Shown: in pieces, positions 8,208 to 17,074 of the stretch
How the letters are laid out: the number at the start of each line of letters is the position of its first letter
Numbering within the stretch: the first letter of the stretch is position 1
Virus record (IMG/VR): IMGVR_UViG_3300027971_000002
Origin: an uncultured virus (IMG/VR IMGVR_UViG_3300027971_000002)
Taxonomy: Duplodnaviria; Heunggongvirae; Uroviricota; Caudoviricetes
Length of the DNA: 64,000 nucleotides
Strand: one strand, 5' to 3'
Notes under the pieces: model-generated
What the model was told of the DNA's origin: nothing
Databases searched by the model: none
The model's input: the letters and a program-made list of their open reading frames with translations, nothing else
Made by a program: the position numbers and the translations under genes

Positions 8208-8501
8208 ATGGAACATCACTTTGTTGTTAAGTTCAACATGGAAACTAGAACGTGGTCGTGGGACGTAGACACCGAGAATACGGTGTTCACCAATGGAACA
8301 ATTTTCTTGGGTGAGCAGTGGCTTCGCTCAGGTAACATCATTGAGTCGCACCCGCATATTTACCAATTAGACGAGATATGCAGTAAGGTACTCGTCAACG
8401 CGTTAGATATTATGAACATGTCGCTTAAAGAAACTGAGTTGTTTAAGCCAATTCCCCCAATGGACAAGAAGTCCGTTACAGAAATGGACGGCGTATCGTG
8501 A
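8208..8501 (+). CDS. hypothetical protein
   Basis: 97 aa ORF in operon context. Confidence 0.7.
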   Translation: MEHHFVVKFNMETRTWSWDVDTENTVFTNGTIFLGEQWLRSGNIIESHPHIYQLDEICSKVLVNALDIMNMSLKETELFKPIPPMDKKSVTEMDGVS

Positions 8502-8507
8502 GCACAG

Positions 8508-8540
8508 TTTGTGTTGGAACCCTACTAAAGAGAGAGATAT
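8508..8540 (+). repeat. truncated copy of the cassette element
   Basis: TTTGTGTTGG-aaccc...GAGAGAGATAT without the CRP-like box or promoter part. Confidence 0.6.
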
Positions 8541-8544
8541 ATCT

Positions 8545-8925
8545 ATGACCCTGAACCCTGACGACTTTGTTATTATAAGTACCCCACGCTTTAATGGTGT
8601 GGTGGACGCTTATGTTAAGGGCGATAAACTCGCCATAATGTTAGTTGAAAACAGTCTAAATATAATCGCTGACCTTGGTTACCTTCGTTCATCAGAGTAT
8701 GAGGGCGAAGATTACCTTGAAATTAGAGCCGAGTTAGACGAGTACGCCGATTTTATGGAAGCATTCTTTAAGCATTTTAATATTAAAGCCCTACTTCAAG
8801 AGCACGTTGAGTCCGAACAAACGTTCGATGATAACCAATGCGGTTGCGGTAATTGCACCTGCGGTGGTGGCGGTGGTGGCGGAGGCGAAGGAATAATTAT
8901 TCAATTCCCTGGAAAGGAGTCATAA
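8545..8925 (+). CDS. hypothetical protein with CGCGNCTC and poly-Gly tail
   Basis: In-frame ATG at 8545 of ORF 8509..8925. Confidence 0.7.
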   Translation: MTLNPDDFVIISTPRFNGVVDAYVKGDKLAIMLVENSLNIIADLGYLRSSEYEGEDYLEIRAELDEYADFMEAFFKHFNIKALLQEHVESEQTFDDNQCGCGNCTCGGGGGGGGEGIIIQFPGKES

Positions 8926-8929
8926 GGCT

Positions 8930-9301
8930 ATGGAAAACCACCAAGATAATAATAAAAACAAACAATTAAATAGTATGTGGCTTATAGAAAACATTATTAA
9001 AAAGCCTAAAGACAAAGAAACTAAAACGTGGCAGCATGACCCTGCGGTTGAGAAGTTGCACTACATGAGAGAGCAGATAAAAAATGACAGACTCAATTAG
9101 TTGGGGCGAGTTGGCAGACCTAACTCACCTTACACAGGTAGAGCGGTTCGGTTGGTGCATGTGTGAGGATAACGAGGGGCAGGAAAATCCCTATTCAGAT
9201 TGTCCGACGGGAGAAAAATGAGTTGTAATTGGTGCGGTGACATAATAAAAGAGGGAATATGGGAAAACCATATATGTATAGAGGAGAAAGATGAGCAGTG
9301 A
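8930..9301 (+). CDS. three overlapping microgenes (8930-9100, 9084-9221, 9218-9301)
   Basis: Manual translations MENHQD..., MTDSISWGELADL...WCMCED..., MSCNWCGD...HIC; overlapping starts and stops. Confidence 0.55.
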
Positions 9302-9506
9302 CAGGCGGTTGTCTCCTGACAGGGATATGCGAGCACTCATCAAGAAAGCCTTGCTACAAGGCTGGGAGGTTGAGAAGCGTAATAATAACCATCTAAAATG
9401 GACATCTCCTACGGGGTTCATATACTATTCATCATCAACGCCTAGTGACTTCCGAGCAATTAGAAAAATTGCTCATGGGTTGCGACGCGAAGGCTTAAAG
9501 ATTTAA
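9291..9506 (+). CDS. HicA-like dsRBD-fold protein
   Basis: LIK.A..QGWEV......HLKW..P.G.....SSTPSD.RA pattern of HicA-like phage proteins. Confidence 0.65.
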   Translation: MSSDRRLSPDRDMRALIKKALLQGWEVEKRNNNHLKWTSPTGFIYYSSSTPSDFRAIRKIAHGLRREGLKI

Positions 9507-9833
9507 GGGAGAAGTATGGCTTTACAACAAGACCTATTCACAGGTGAAATCACAGAGTATTGTGAGGATTGTAGTAACGGCACTGACCAGCGTTGTACTG
9601 CGTGTCAGTGGCACTACTCCCTTTACGGAAAAGATAAATACGAATAGGCAGTAACTAGAGAGAGAGAAATATTATGAAGGAATGTGAAGTTAAAGATTGT
9701 ACGTCAACTGAGTTAGTTTACTCAGGTACAGACGCTTTCTGTCTTGGTGTGGTAACAGAGAAAATCTGTTATAACTGCGCCAATGTCTATGCTAAAGTCA
9801 AGGAAATAATAAGACCACAACGAGAGGAACACA

Positions 9834-10109
9834 ATGCACAAAGTAACGTTTAACGCACCTATCGAGAATGATAAGAAGCGTCACTATAAGTTTGCAATTA
9901 TTAAGAACCAAGAAAAGGGTGGCTCATGGCTTGCCCACTACACAGTAACTAACCGAGAAGGTTCACTTGTTGAAACAGGCGCGGAAGCGTTCTCTAGTTC
10001 AGCACCCGCAAAGCGTTGGGCAGCCTCTTTGGTTGGTAGAAGTCGTTTAACTTGGGACGTATCTGACGACAAGAAAGTTCTTGGCGCAGTTCACGACGTA
10101 AAACTATGA
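9834..10109 (+). CDS. hypothetical protein
   Basis: 91 aa ORF, RBS GAGG. Confidence 0.7.
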   Translation: MHKVTFNAPIENDKKRHYKFAIIKNQEKGGSWLAHYTVTNREGSLVETGAEAFSSSAPAKRWAASLVGRSRLTWDVSDDKKVLGAVHDVKL

Positions 10110-10193
10110 GCATCAACTTTCCAAACCCTAACTGGACTCCAAGTGACCCATACCCATTAGTTATTCCCTACGACGATGATGATGAGGACGACG

Positions 10194-10421
10194 ATGAGTA
10201 GATACGACGAGCAGTTCTCTAACGACGCACGTATGAACAACCCTCGTAATAAAGAGAATTATTACGGTAGCAAAAGTAATAAAGCTCGTAAAAAGATTAC
10301 GGTAGTTCTTTACAAGAATGAGATACATCTTATGGGTGCGCCAGACGGCTTTGAAGTAGTAGTTCTCAACTTAGACAAAGGCATGTTGATAGAGAATGAC
10401 GACGACGCTTACGACGAGTGA
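10194..10421 (+). CDS. hypothetical protein
   Basis: In-frame ATG within ORF 10176..10421. Confidence 0.6.
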   Translation: MSRYDEQFSNDARMNNPRNKENYYGSKSNKARKKITVVLYKNEIHLMGAPDGFEVVVLNLDKGMLIENDDDAYDE

Positions 10422-10755
10422 GTACGACTATTGCGTATTCGATGAATTAGGCAAGCCAATGACATTTACGTCTTGGCTTGCCTATTCGTCTGAAGGTAGG
10501 TACAAGAGAGAGAGTCGTACAAAAGGCTTTACTATTATTACTCAGTGGACAGGTATTGACATGCCTGAGCCTGAACGCCTTACAAGTAACTTCTCTTTCT
10601 CACGTTGGAACCCTAATAAAATACCTATGATTTATGAGGGTGTTGTGTATGACCAAGACATGCTGCCGATTCACCGGGCCCGCTACGCAACGAGAGAGAA
10701 AGCCTACGAGAGCCACTCTTTATTATTAAAGGTGTACTCAGAGGATAAAGAATAG
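10396..10755 (+). CDS. hypothetical protein, last gene of the plus arm
   Basis: 119 aa ORF, T.WTGID...RYAT.E.A...H pattern. Confidence 0.7.
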   Translation: MTTTLTTSEYDYCVFDELGKPMTFTSWLAYSSEGRYKRESRTKGFTIITQWTGIDMPEPERLTSNFSFSRWNPNKIPMIYEGVVYDQDMLPIHRARYATREKAYESHSLLLKVYSEDKE

Positions 10756-10911
10756 TAAAACAGCAGCTAGCGGCAATATGAGAGAGAACGCTAAACCCAC
10801 TTGAAGGTAAAAGAAACTCTTATCTGCGGCAGGTTTATCCTCTGAGTGTTTAGAAAAACCGTTGTTAATAAAATACGGCCCTCCATGTTGTGAGAAATGA
10901 TTTCTGCCCAT
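10738..10911 (-). CDS. small protein with C-terminal transmembrane helix (57 aa)
   Basis: Manual translation MGRNHFSQ...YLQVGLAFSLILPLAAVLLFFIL, directly downstream of nrdJ. Confidence 0.5.
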   Translation of the reverse strand: MGRNHFSQHGGPYFINNGFSKHSEDKPAADKSFFYLQVGLAFSLILPLAAVLLFFIL

Positions 10912-10923
10912 GTAAAGAGTGTA

Positions 10924-12954
10924 CTAGTTTGTGAAAGATTTAACCTCACAAGCGTCAGTTTCACAGTACTTTTCACCGATAGCATCTGAGGCCATACCTG
11001 CGTAGACATCAGTAAAGTCGATTGGCAGTAACTTATCTGCGTATGACTCGTACTCTTCCTCTGTAATCTGTGTGTAAGGCATCTGCGGATACACGTAATT
11101 ACCCATAGGTAAGAACGAAGCAGTCTTTAACTGCCCGTCAAACATATGAAGCACAGTACCAACGGCGTCTTTCTCCTTCTCTGCATCAAAAGAGATAGTT
11201 ACTGAGACAGAGTTGTCTGACCAGTAGCGTTGAGCCGTAGCCGCGAGAGAGGTCTTTTCATAAATAGAAACATCTTTCTCGGAGCGAAGTGCTTTAGATT
11301 TAATAGGAAAGAACACCACTGAGGTAGAGTCTGGAGACTCTGCTGCAGGTTCTACTCGATAGCCAGAGAACTTAAAGAGAGGAAGCATAGGGTCCTCGTT
11401 AGCAAAGCGGATAGAACGCAAGAAGTACTTACCGCCTGGAGTCCAGTGAACTCCTGGGGACTCACCTGCCAAGATTGAGACTGTGCCTGACGGCTTAACA
11501 GTTGTCATCTTGATTGACTCACGAATACCAAGCCACTCTGAGTATGACTTGTCGTATGACTGGATAGTGCCATACCCCTCGTCCATCCACTTTCGTAACT
11601 CTGGAAGGCCGTTAATATCTGCAAAGTTGGCAATACCTGACATAGAGGTTCCAATGCGACGGTTACGTTGCATGATTGCGTTAGTCTCTTCCCAGTGTGT
11701 AGGAAGTAAGGTGACAGTCTTGGCGTACAGGTAGGCAAACTTGAGTGTTCGCTTGTAGTCATCTAATGAGTCATGGCGGTTGAGGTAGGTTTCTACCAAC
11801 GTACAGCACTCAAAAGATTCCAGGGATTGCTCAGCGCAAGGGTTGTACCCTGAGGCTCGCCAGTCTTTATTATTAATAGGGTCTGCTAGACGCCCGTACT
11901 GCTTAGTAACATCCATCCACAAAACTCCAGGCTCCCCGTTCAAAGCGATGCCTTCTACGATTGAGGAGAGGTCTGCCCCTACTGCTACCGCTACAGAGTT
12001 GTTGGACATCCAAGCCCAGCCAGGTTTCTCAGGGTCATAGGAGTTACGCTCAGGGAATTTCTCAGCGTTCTTTAAGTTCAAAAAGTCTTCATCATCTAAG
12101 CGTCCAATGAGTAGTTCTGCTGAACGTCGAACGTTACCGCTTACAACACAAACACCGATTAAGTTACCAATGTCTGCTACGTCAAGGCGGGTTAACTTGC
12201 CCCCTGCTCGGCCCTTGAAAATATTATGGATGTAATTATGTAGGCGTTCTAGTGGTTCGTGACCGGCGGCCGTGCCGCCAAAGGTTTTAATCGGAGTACC
12301 TGCTGGTCGGATTTGTGTGTAGTCAAAGACAGGCTTCTTCGAATCTGGCTTAAGGTAAGCATTGATGACGGCGGAAGTTGACTCCACCCAGCCTTCTCGG
12401 GTGTCGGGGATAACGATTGGGTCGGTGTCGGGTTGTGGGTCATATATTGTAAAGTCCTTATCTGCGCCCTTTCCATCGAAGCCTACGCCCACGCCAAGCA
12501 TGGAGGCTTCCATAAGGAAGGCAAATGGTTTTGCGGGGTTAATCTTGGTCATTGACTCCGTTGATACGAAGGAACAGTTCTGCAAAGCGGCTGAGTTCTT
12601 TTGCTCGTTTACTAGGGGTGTTCCCATTACCCACAGACCTCTACCTGGAGGTGTCCACTTCAAGTTCCACAAACGGTCAAACGCTTCCTTTGCAGAAGCC
12701 TGAGCCTTGGCATCATTCCAAGGTAGGCGGTTTGACTTAGCGTGGTCCTTTTGTAGGGAGTACATGCCGTTGATTACACGCTCACATACGTCTACCCAAG
12801 TCTCCTTGGTTCCATCTTCTTTCAAACGGGAGTATGTTCGAAGGAAGGTAATCTCACCGACGCTATTTCCAGCCGCATCTTTGTAACCCCAAGGTACTTT
12901 CTTCTCTTTGTAACTTGAGATGAACTCTTCTGCTAGATGAAACGATAACGTCAT
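10924..12954 (-). CDS. nrdJ: class II (adenosylcobalamin-dependent) ribonucleotide reductase, monomeric RTPR type
   Basis: RTYSR, PPGRGLW, NC, SGNVRRSA, NPCAEQ, TVKPSGT, C-terminal CETDAC. Confidence 0.95.
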   Translation of the reverse strand: MTLSFHLAEEFISSYKEKKVPWGYKDAAGNSVGEITFLRTYSRLKEDGTKETWVDVCERVINGMYSLQKDHAKSNRLPWNDAKAQASAKEAFDRLWNLKWTPPGRGLWVMGTPLVNEQKNSAALQNCSFVSTESMTKINPAKPFAFLMEASMLGVGVGFDGKGADKDFTIYDPQPDTDPIVIPDTREGWVESTSAVINAYLKPDSKKPVFDYTQIRPAGTPIKTFGGTAAGHEPLERLHNYIHNIFKGRAGGKLTRLDVADIGNLIGVCVVSGNVRRSAELLIGRLDDEDFLNLKNAEKFPERNSYDPEKPGWAWMSNNSVAVAVGADLSSIVEGIALNGEPGVLWMDVTKQYGRLADPINNKDWRASGYNPCAEQSLESFECCTLVETYLNRHDSLDDYKRTLKFAYLYAKTVTLLPTHWEETNAIMQRNRRIGTSMSGIANFADINGLPELRKWMDEGYGTIQSYDKSYSEWLGIRESIKMTTVKPSGTVSILAGESPGVHWTPGGKYFLRSIRFANEDPMLPLFKFSGYRVEPAAESPDSTSVVFFPIKSKALRSEKDVSIYEKTSLAATAQRYWSDNSVSVTISFDAEKEKDAVGTVLHMFDGQLKTASFLPMGNYVYPQMPYTQITEEEYESYADKLLPIDFTDVYAGMASDAIGEKYCETDACEVKSFTN

Positions 12955-13103
12955 TTATTTCTCCCTTTGTTAAATAGAAAATCCCGCTTGTGTGGCAGCG
13001 GGACACCTAAGGTTACTGTAACGCAACCTTACCCCGAAGCACTAGCGGTGTCCAATTTTGGACGTGTGCCGATTTTTACATTTTTAACGCTCTTATATAC
13101 TAG

Positions 13104-14573
13104 TTATTCTTCAATAGATTGTTGAATAATCTTAGTAGTTTGTTCTTCACTGAAACCATTATTTGACAGTTCATTTAGGTCTTTTGCCTTCTCACCAAAG
13201 ATGCTGGATAGCACTCCAGCACCTCCTTGACGCTCTACTGTCATGCGAATAAACTCACGTGAGTCGTCCAATTCTTTGGTTGTTTTAATCAATTTGAATA
13301 GGCGGTCTATCTCCTGAGAAACGTTAGGGTCAGCGTATCCACCGTTCATTTCTTCTGCAAAACGCATGAAAGCCACGCGTTGGCCCTGCATTTCAATGAT
13401 TGCGTTAATCAAACTCTTAAGTTGTTCTTTAGTCTTAACCTCTACTGGTAACTTAAATGCACATACAGATTGAGGCTTAAACGCAGGACAATTAGAGGCA
13501 ACAAAGCACGTATCGCATGCACGAAGTGAGGTGGCTTGTGACTGCACATGAGTGGTGTCTTGTATGACTCCATGCTCGTCTACATTGGTCTTTAGGTCGT
13601 ATCCAAAGACGGGTAAATTGCCCATTTCCTCTGGATTTCGTGGTTCAAGTTTCCGCATCCCGACCCCCTTGTTATCAACATTTGCTAGGGTAGTTTCCGC
13701 GTTATCAGCATCATCTAAATCATCGCTATTAGTATATAAGTTGTCATCATCTGAACTATTGTGGTTAATCATGTTTAACTTTGTCTCCAATTGTTCGTAT
13801 GACCAAACTGCTAAACGACACACCTCTTGTGGGTCGTCCTCCATAATCTTATTAAAATCTAACCCTGCCTTTTCGTACACTTGGCGGTAACGCTGGCGGG
13901 CCTGTTCCTTCATCTTCTTGGGATAACGTACCAGACGGGTGCCATCCCAGATAATTGTTTCTCCATGGGTCATAGGCGATAGCCAAGCCAATGTAGCCGC
14001 GGATTCAAATAATATAGACCTAAGGTTATCTGGTTTAGCGCAAGCTATGGCATGGAACCTGGTGCTGTGTTTACGCTGAAGGTTGCGGGTTTCTGAAGCT
14101 AACCAGGTAACGTTGTCTACGTTTTCCCCTGTAATTCCAATGTCTAAATATTTAGAGGCCAGGTCTTGTAGACCTTTTCGGTCAGTGGTTACGTCCCAAA
14201 TCGGCAAAAACTTAGCGGGAGGAACCTGCGACCAGCATGTCTTTCTTTGACTTTCAATAAACTCCTGGGACAGGCTGGGGTGAGTCAACTCGCTAAACAT
14301 ATTAATACGGTCAATATTATTGGCGACAAACTCTTCATAATCGGCGGCAAACTGCTCGAGCTCTGGCCGGCTCAGCTGTTGAGTTTTAGGGATTCCTGCG
14401 TGAACAAATATTTTAGCGTCATCATTAAAATAATTTGACAGCAGATATGCCTTGGTTTTAGGCAAACCGCGGCGGGTTAGCCGCCAGTAGCTCACGCCAA
14501 CGTCTACAGCTCCGGTTGTAGCTAGCAAAGTCCTATTACTAGGGACGTCTGCCCCTAGGTATATTATTTTCAA
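13104..14573 (-). CDS. hypothetical protein: possible degenerate TGT/DpdA-like barrel plus Cys4 domain
   Basis: 489 aa; C-terminal CDTC-x4-CP-x7-C; N-terminal motif order resembles TGT-like barrels. Confidence 0.5.
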   Translation of the reverse strand: MKIIYLGADVPSNRTLLATTGAVDVGVSYWRLTRRGLPKTKAYLLSNYFNDDAKIFVHAGIPKTQQLSRPELEQFAADYEEFVANNIDRINMFSELTHPSLSQEFIESQRKTCWSQVPPAKFLPIWDVTTDRKGLQDLASKYLDIGITGENVDNVTWLASETRNLQRKHSTRFHAIACAKPDNLRSILFESAATLAWLSPMTHGETIIWDGTRLVRYPKKMKEQARQRYRQVYEKAGLDFNKIMEDDPQEVCRLAVWSYEQLETKLNMINHNSSDDDNLYTNSDDLDDADNAETTLANVDNKGVGMRKLEPRNPEEMGNLPVFGYDLKTNVDEHGVIQDTTHVQSQATSLRACDTCFVASNCPAFKPQSVCAFKLPVEVKTKEQLKSLINAIIEMQGQRVAFMRFAEEMNGGYADPNVSQEIDRLFKLIKTTKELDDSREFIRMTVERQGGAGVLSSIFGEKAKDLNELSNNGFSEEQTTKIIQQSIEE

Positions 14574-15025
14574 ATGCGTGGGTCTTCCGCAAACATCTCT
14601 TGCTGCTTGTCAATCTCAGCTTGAATGTCATCCCAACTTTTACGCCCGTTTTTATTATCTGGACGTGATGCTGGGTCTATGTACTCTGGGTCTAATAATA
14701 AAAGGGTTCGGAATCCACGCTCTAGTAGTTCTTTAGCTGACTCAACATTGCCAGTCATTACCATCTCTAATTTACCTTGGGAGCGTACCCACTCAGCCTG
14801 GCTTACTTCTAGTATCTCACTAGAAAGTGGTACACGATTATCAATCAAATCATCAAAGGCTTTTAAGTTATGTTGACGCATCCAAGTTTCACACTCAGCC
14901 CTGTCTTCACAGGCTATAAATATTTTTTGTGTTTCTTTCAAGGCGCGATAAAGCACAAGGCTTTCACGAATCGGTACTTTGCGTTTGTTTCTAAGTACAC
15001 CGTCTGCGTATAGAAGTATTGCCAC
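14570..15025 (-). CDS. HAD-fold protein
   Basis: N-terminal ILLYADGVL (degenerate DxDG motif). Confidence 0.55.
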   Translation of the reverse strand: MAILLYADGVLRNKRKVPIRESLVLYRALKETQKIFIACEDRAECETWMRQHNLKAFDDLIDNRVPLSSEILEVSQAEWVRSQGKLEMVMTGNVESAKELLERGFRTLLLLDPEYIDPASRPDNKNGRKSWDDIQAEIDKQQEMFAEDPRI

Positions 15026-15042
15026 GATTAGTGCTCCGTGTT

Positions 15043-15975
15043 CTACTGGTTTTTAAGTACTGCCCTGCGTATTAGTACGTCAGTGCTGGGCAACTCTACA
15101 CCATACGTCTCTTCATTGTGTATCTTCTTTGCTGAATCAGACAGGTCTTTTAACTTCTTTAGCCCTGATACAACACCTGAATCTTTATTAGCCTGCCATC
15201 TGTAATTAGCAAAGTCTAGGTAACCTTCTCCAGACTCACTGAAAGCGGCTCGGCGCCCATGGTGAATGCTTTCATATAATGCTGAGGCTTGTGATGCTGC
15301 CAATATTATTTCTGTTTGAGCATTTAATCTTGATGGTGCATTTTGAGCTACTTGTATTTTATTTAAACCCTGTGTGTAACGGTTAAATATTTCAAACGCC
15401 ATTGCACGGTCGCGCTCTACTCTAAGGTCCCAGTCTTTTCTATGCTCTGCTGTTTCCATATTTGGTTTTACTGTCCAGTCATCATCTGTAACAGAGTAGG
15501 CTGCGTAGGGTTTAATATTTAAAATATTTGTTTGAACGTTTACATAAAACGTGAGCTCGAATGCATTTAAAAAGTTGCTTGTATCTTTTTGTAGTTCTTC
15601 CCTAAACCCATCGTTTAAAGTTGAAGCAATCTCTTGGTTACTAAACCCACGGTAATTAGTATTAGCAGCCCTAAACTTTTCGTACTCAACTCCAATTAAA
15701 CAATCTAAATCGCCAGGGTCTCTGGCCGCGGCCCATTGAAAGGATACGCCTGACCCAGCTAACCAAACGTGTGCCCAGGAGTCTGCTCCTTGATAATATT
15801 TGTTTAAATGACCATACAAGGCGCTTAAAATGCCTGAACGAACTGCAGCAATTAACCTATTATTACGAAACAAGCGGGGGTCTAGCCCCATCTGAGCGTC
15901 GCTAAAGTAGGACGTAGGGGTCTGCTCCACAGTAATTGGCTCCGCTATGTTTGCTAACGCCTCTTTATAATCCAT
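15043..15975 (-). CDS. Pol-beta-superfamily nucleotidyltransferase
   Basis: LAGS...GDLDCLI signature plus a downstream ELTFYV strand. Confidence 0.75.
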   Translation of the reverse strand: MDYKEALANIAEPITVEQTPTSYFSDAQMGLDPRLFRNNRLIAAVRSGILSALYGHLNKYYQGADSWAHVWLAGSGVSFQWAAARDPGDLDCLIGVEYEKFRAANTNYRGFSNQEIASTLNDGFREELQKDTSNFLNAFELTFYVNVQTNILNIKPYAAYSVTDDDWTVKPNMETAEHRKDWDLRVERDRAMAFEIFNRYTQGLNKIQVAQNAPSRLNAQTEIILAASQASALYESIHHGRRAAFSESGEGYLDFANYRWQANKDSGVVSGLKKLKDLSDSAKKIHNEETYGVELPSTDVLIRRAVLKNQ

Positions 15976-15993
15976 GAGGCTATACTACTTTAC

Positions 15994-16200
15994 TTACTCG
16001 TCTTTTTCTTTGCGTTTGATTGACGGATTAACGTCATAATGTTTTGTTTTTTCTGGGTAGTCAGTGTTTAACTGGTTCATAAACCCGCAAGCGCGATGCG
16101 CTTCAACAAACGAGTTTGCCCACGTAAGAAGTAGGGTATCTGCATCTTCAGCATCAGCTTGAAAAGCCGCCATGCATCCGCAAGTCATTTCTATAAACAT
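15994..16200 (-). CDS. small Zn-binding hypothetical protein
   Basis: CGC...H..C motifs. Confidence 0.65.
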   Translation of the reverse strand: MFIEMTCGCMAAFQADAEDADTLLLTWANSFVEAHRACGFMNQLNTDYPEKTKHYDVNPSIKRKEKDE

Positions 16201-16215
16201 TACCTACCCCTGTCG

Positions 16216-16512
16216 TTACGATGAATCCCTCTTGAGTAAATTCTGCCGTATCGCAGCCGCTTTGCGCTGGCTCTCCTCGTCATATCTGTTGTTTATTTTA
16301 CCAACAACAGCGCTAGCAATCTGGTCAGCTTTTAGGGCGTCTAAAAGGTCCTGAAAAGCGGCCTTCATGTCGTTACGATTAGCCAACCGTTCAACCAAAA
16401 AGGCAATATCTAGGGTTTGAGTGGCGTGAAAAGCCCCCTCAAAGTCTTTGTATACAATAAAGGCGGTCTCTACATCTGGGACTTCAGGTACTTCTGCTAC
16501 CTCATCAGTCAT
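16216..16512 (-). CDS. hypothetical protein
   Basis: In-frame ATG at 16512 (MTDEV), TAATG coupling. Confidence 0.7.
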   Translation of the reverse strand: MTDEVAEVPEVPDVETAFIVYKDFEGAFHATQTLDIAFLVERLANRNDMKAAFQDLLDALKADQIASAVVGKINNRYDEESQRKAAAIRQNLLKRDSS

Positions 16513-17042
16513 TAGTAAACGCCCTTTGACTGGTTGTACTTCTTCATGTTGTAAGACTTGACCGGACAAAAATCGCACAGATAAACCTTTGGAGCTTTAG
16601 ACTCTGCCAAGCCCTCAGCTTTTCGTTCTTTAGCGGTATCAGGCTTTAATATTTTCTTATCTGATTTGTAATCTCCGCATTGACCTACCGGGCGGTTATG
16701 CAATGCGAAACAAGTCATAGCATCTTGTTGAAATGTCGACTTTGTGTCATAAAACTTTGTACCAAAAACATCAAGGCCAGTTGAGCCCTCTTGAATTTGC
16801 TTCATAATGGACTCTTTGACATCGGGGCGAGCCCAATACTTTACAGGAAACTTAAACAGTAGCCCGACGTGTGGAGCTGGTTGCTGATGGCGTTCTACTG
16901 TAATTTGCAGTAGTACATCATCGTCTGGGTGCCCGTCCCAATCGGGAAGCTCTTCCGCAGACTTACAGTTGCGGCAGACCAAAAGGCGGATTTGCGGTTC
17001 TTTTAACTCTTTTTGTGCAATATCTTTAAGACTGTCTGCCAT
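16512..17042 (-). CDS. Zn-binding hypothetical protein
   Basis: CRNC, C...H, CDFCP motifs. Confidence 0.75.
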   Translation of the reverse strand: MADSLKDIAQKELKEPQIRLLVCRNCKSAEELPDWDGHPDDDVLLQITVERHQQPAPHVGLLFKFPVKYWARPDVKESIMKQIQEGSTGLDVFGTKFYDTKSTFQQDAMTCFALHNRPVGQCGDYKSDKKILKPDTAKERKAEGLAESKAPKVYLCDFCPVKSYNMKKYNQSKGVY

Positions 17043-17074
17043 TTTTTGCTCCTATTGTTAGACCGAGTTGAATA

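Noticed and set aside
8862..8886. GGT/GGC trinucleotide run, and the GAA/GAG run near 37850-37925
   Set aside because: Explained by poly-Gly and poly-Glu coding; in-frame, with no sign of phase variation
11483..12740. Plus-strand ORFs antisense to nrdJ, and similar shadow ORFs throughout the minus arm (e.g. 38407-38772, 57655-58066)
   Set aside because: They lie opposite well-supported genes and show no protein motifs or RBS
12955..13103. Cobalamin riboswitch or NrdR box upstream of nrdJ
   Set aside because: The space is short, no B12-box was recognised, and the only NrdR-like stretch (CTAGTATATAAG) is a weak match
14700..14720. GGTTCGGAATCC resembling a tRNA T-loop
   Set aside because: Inside a coding gene and no cloverleaf can be formed around it
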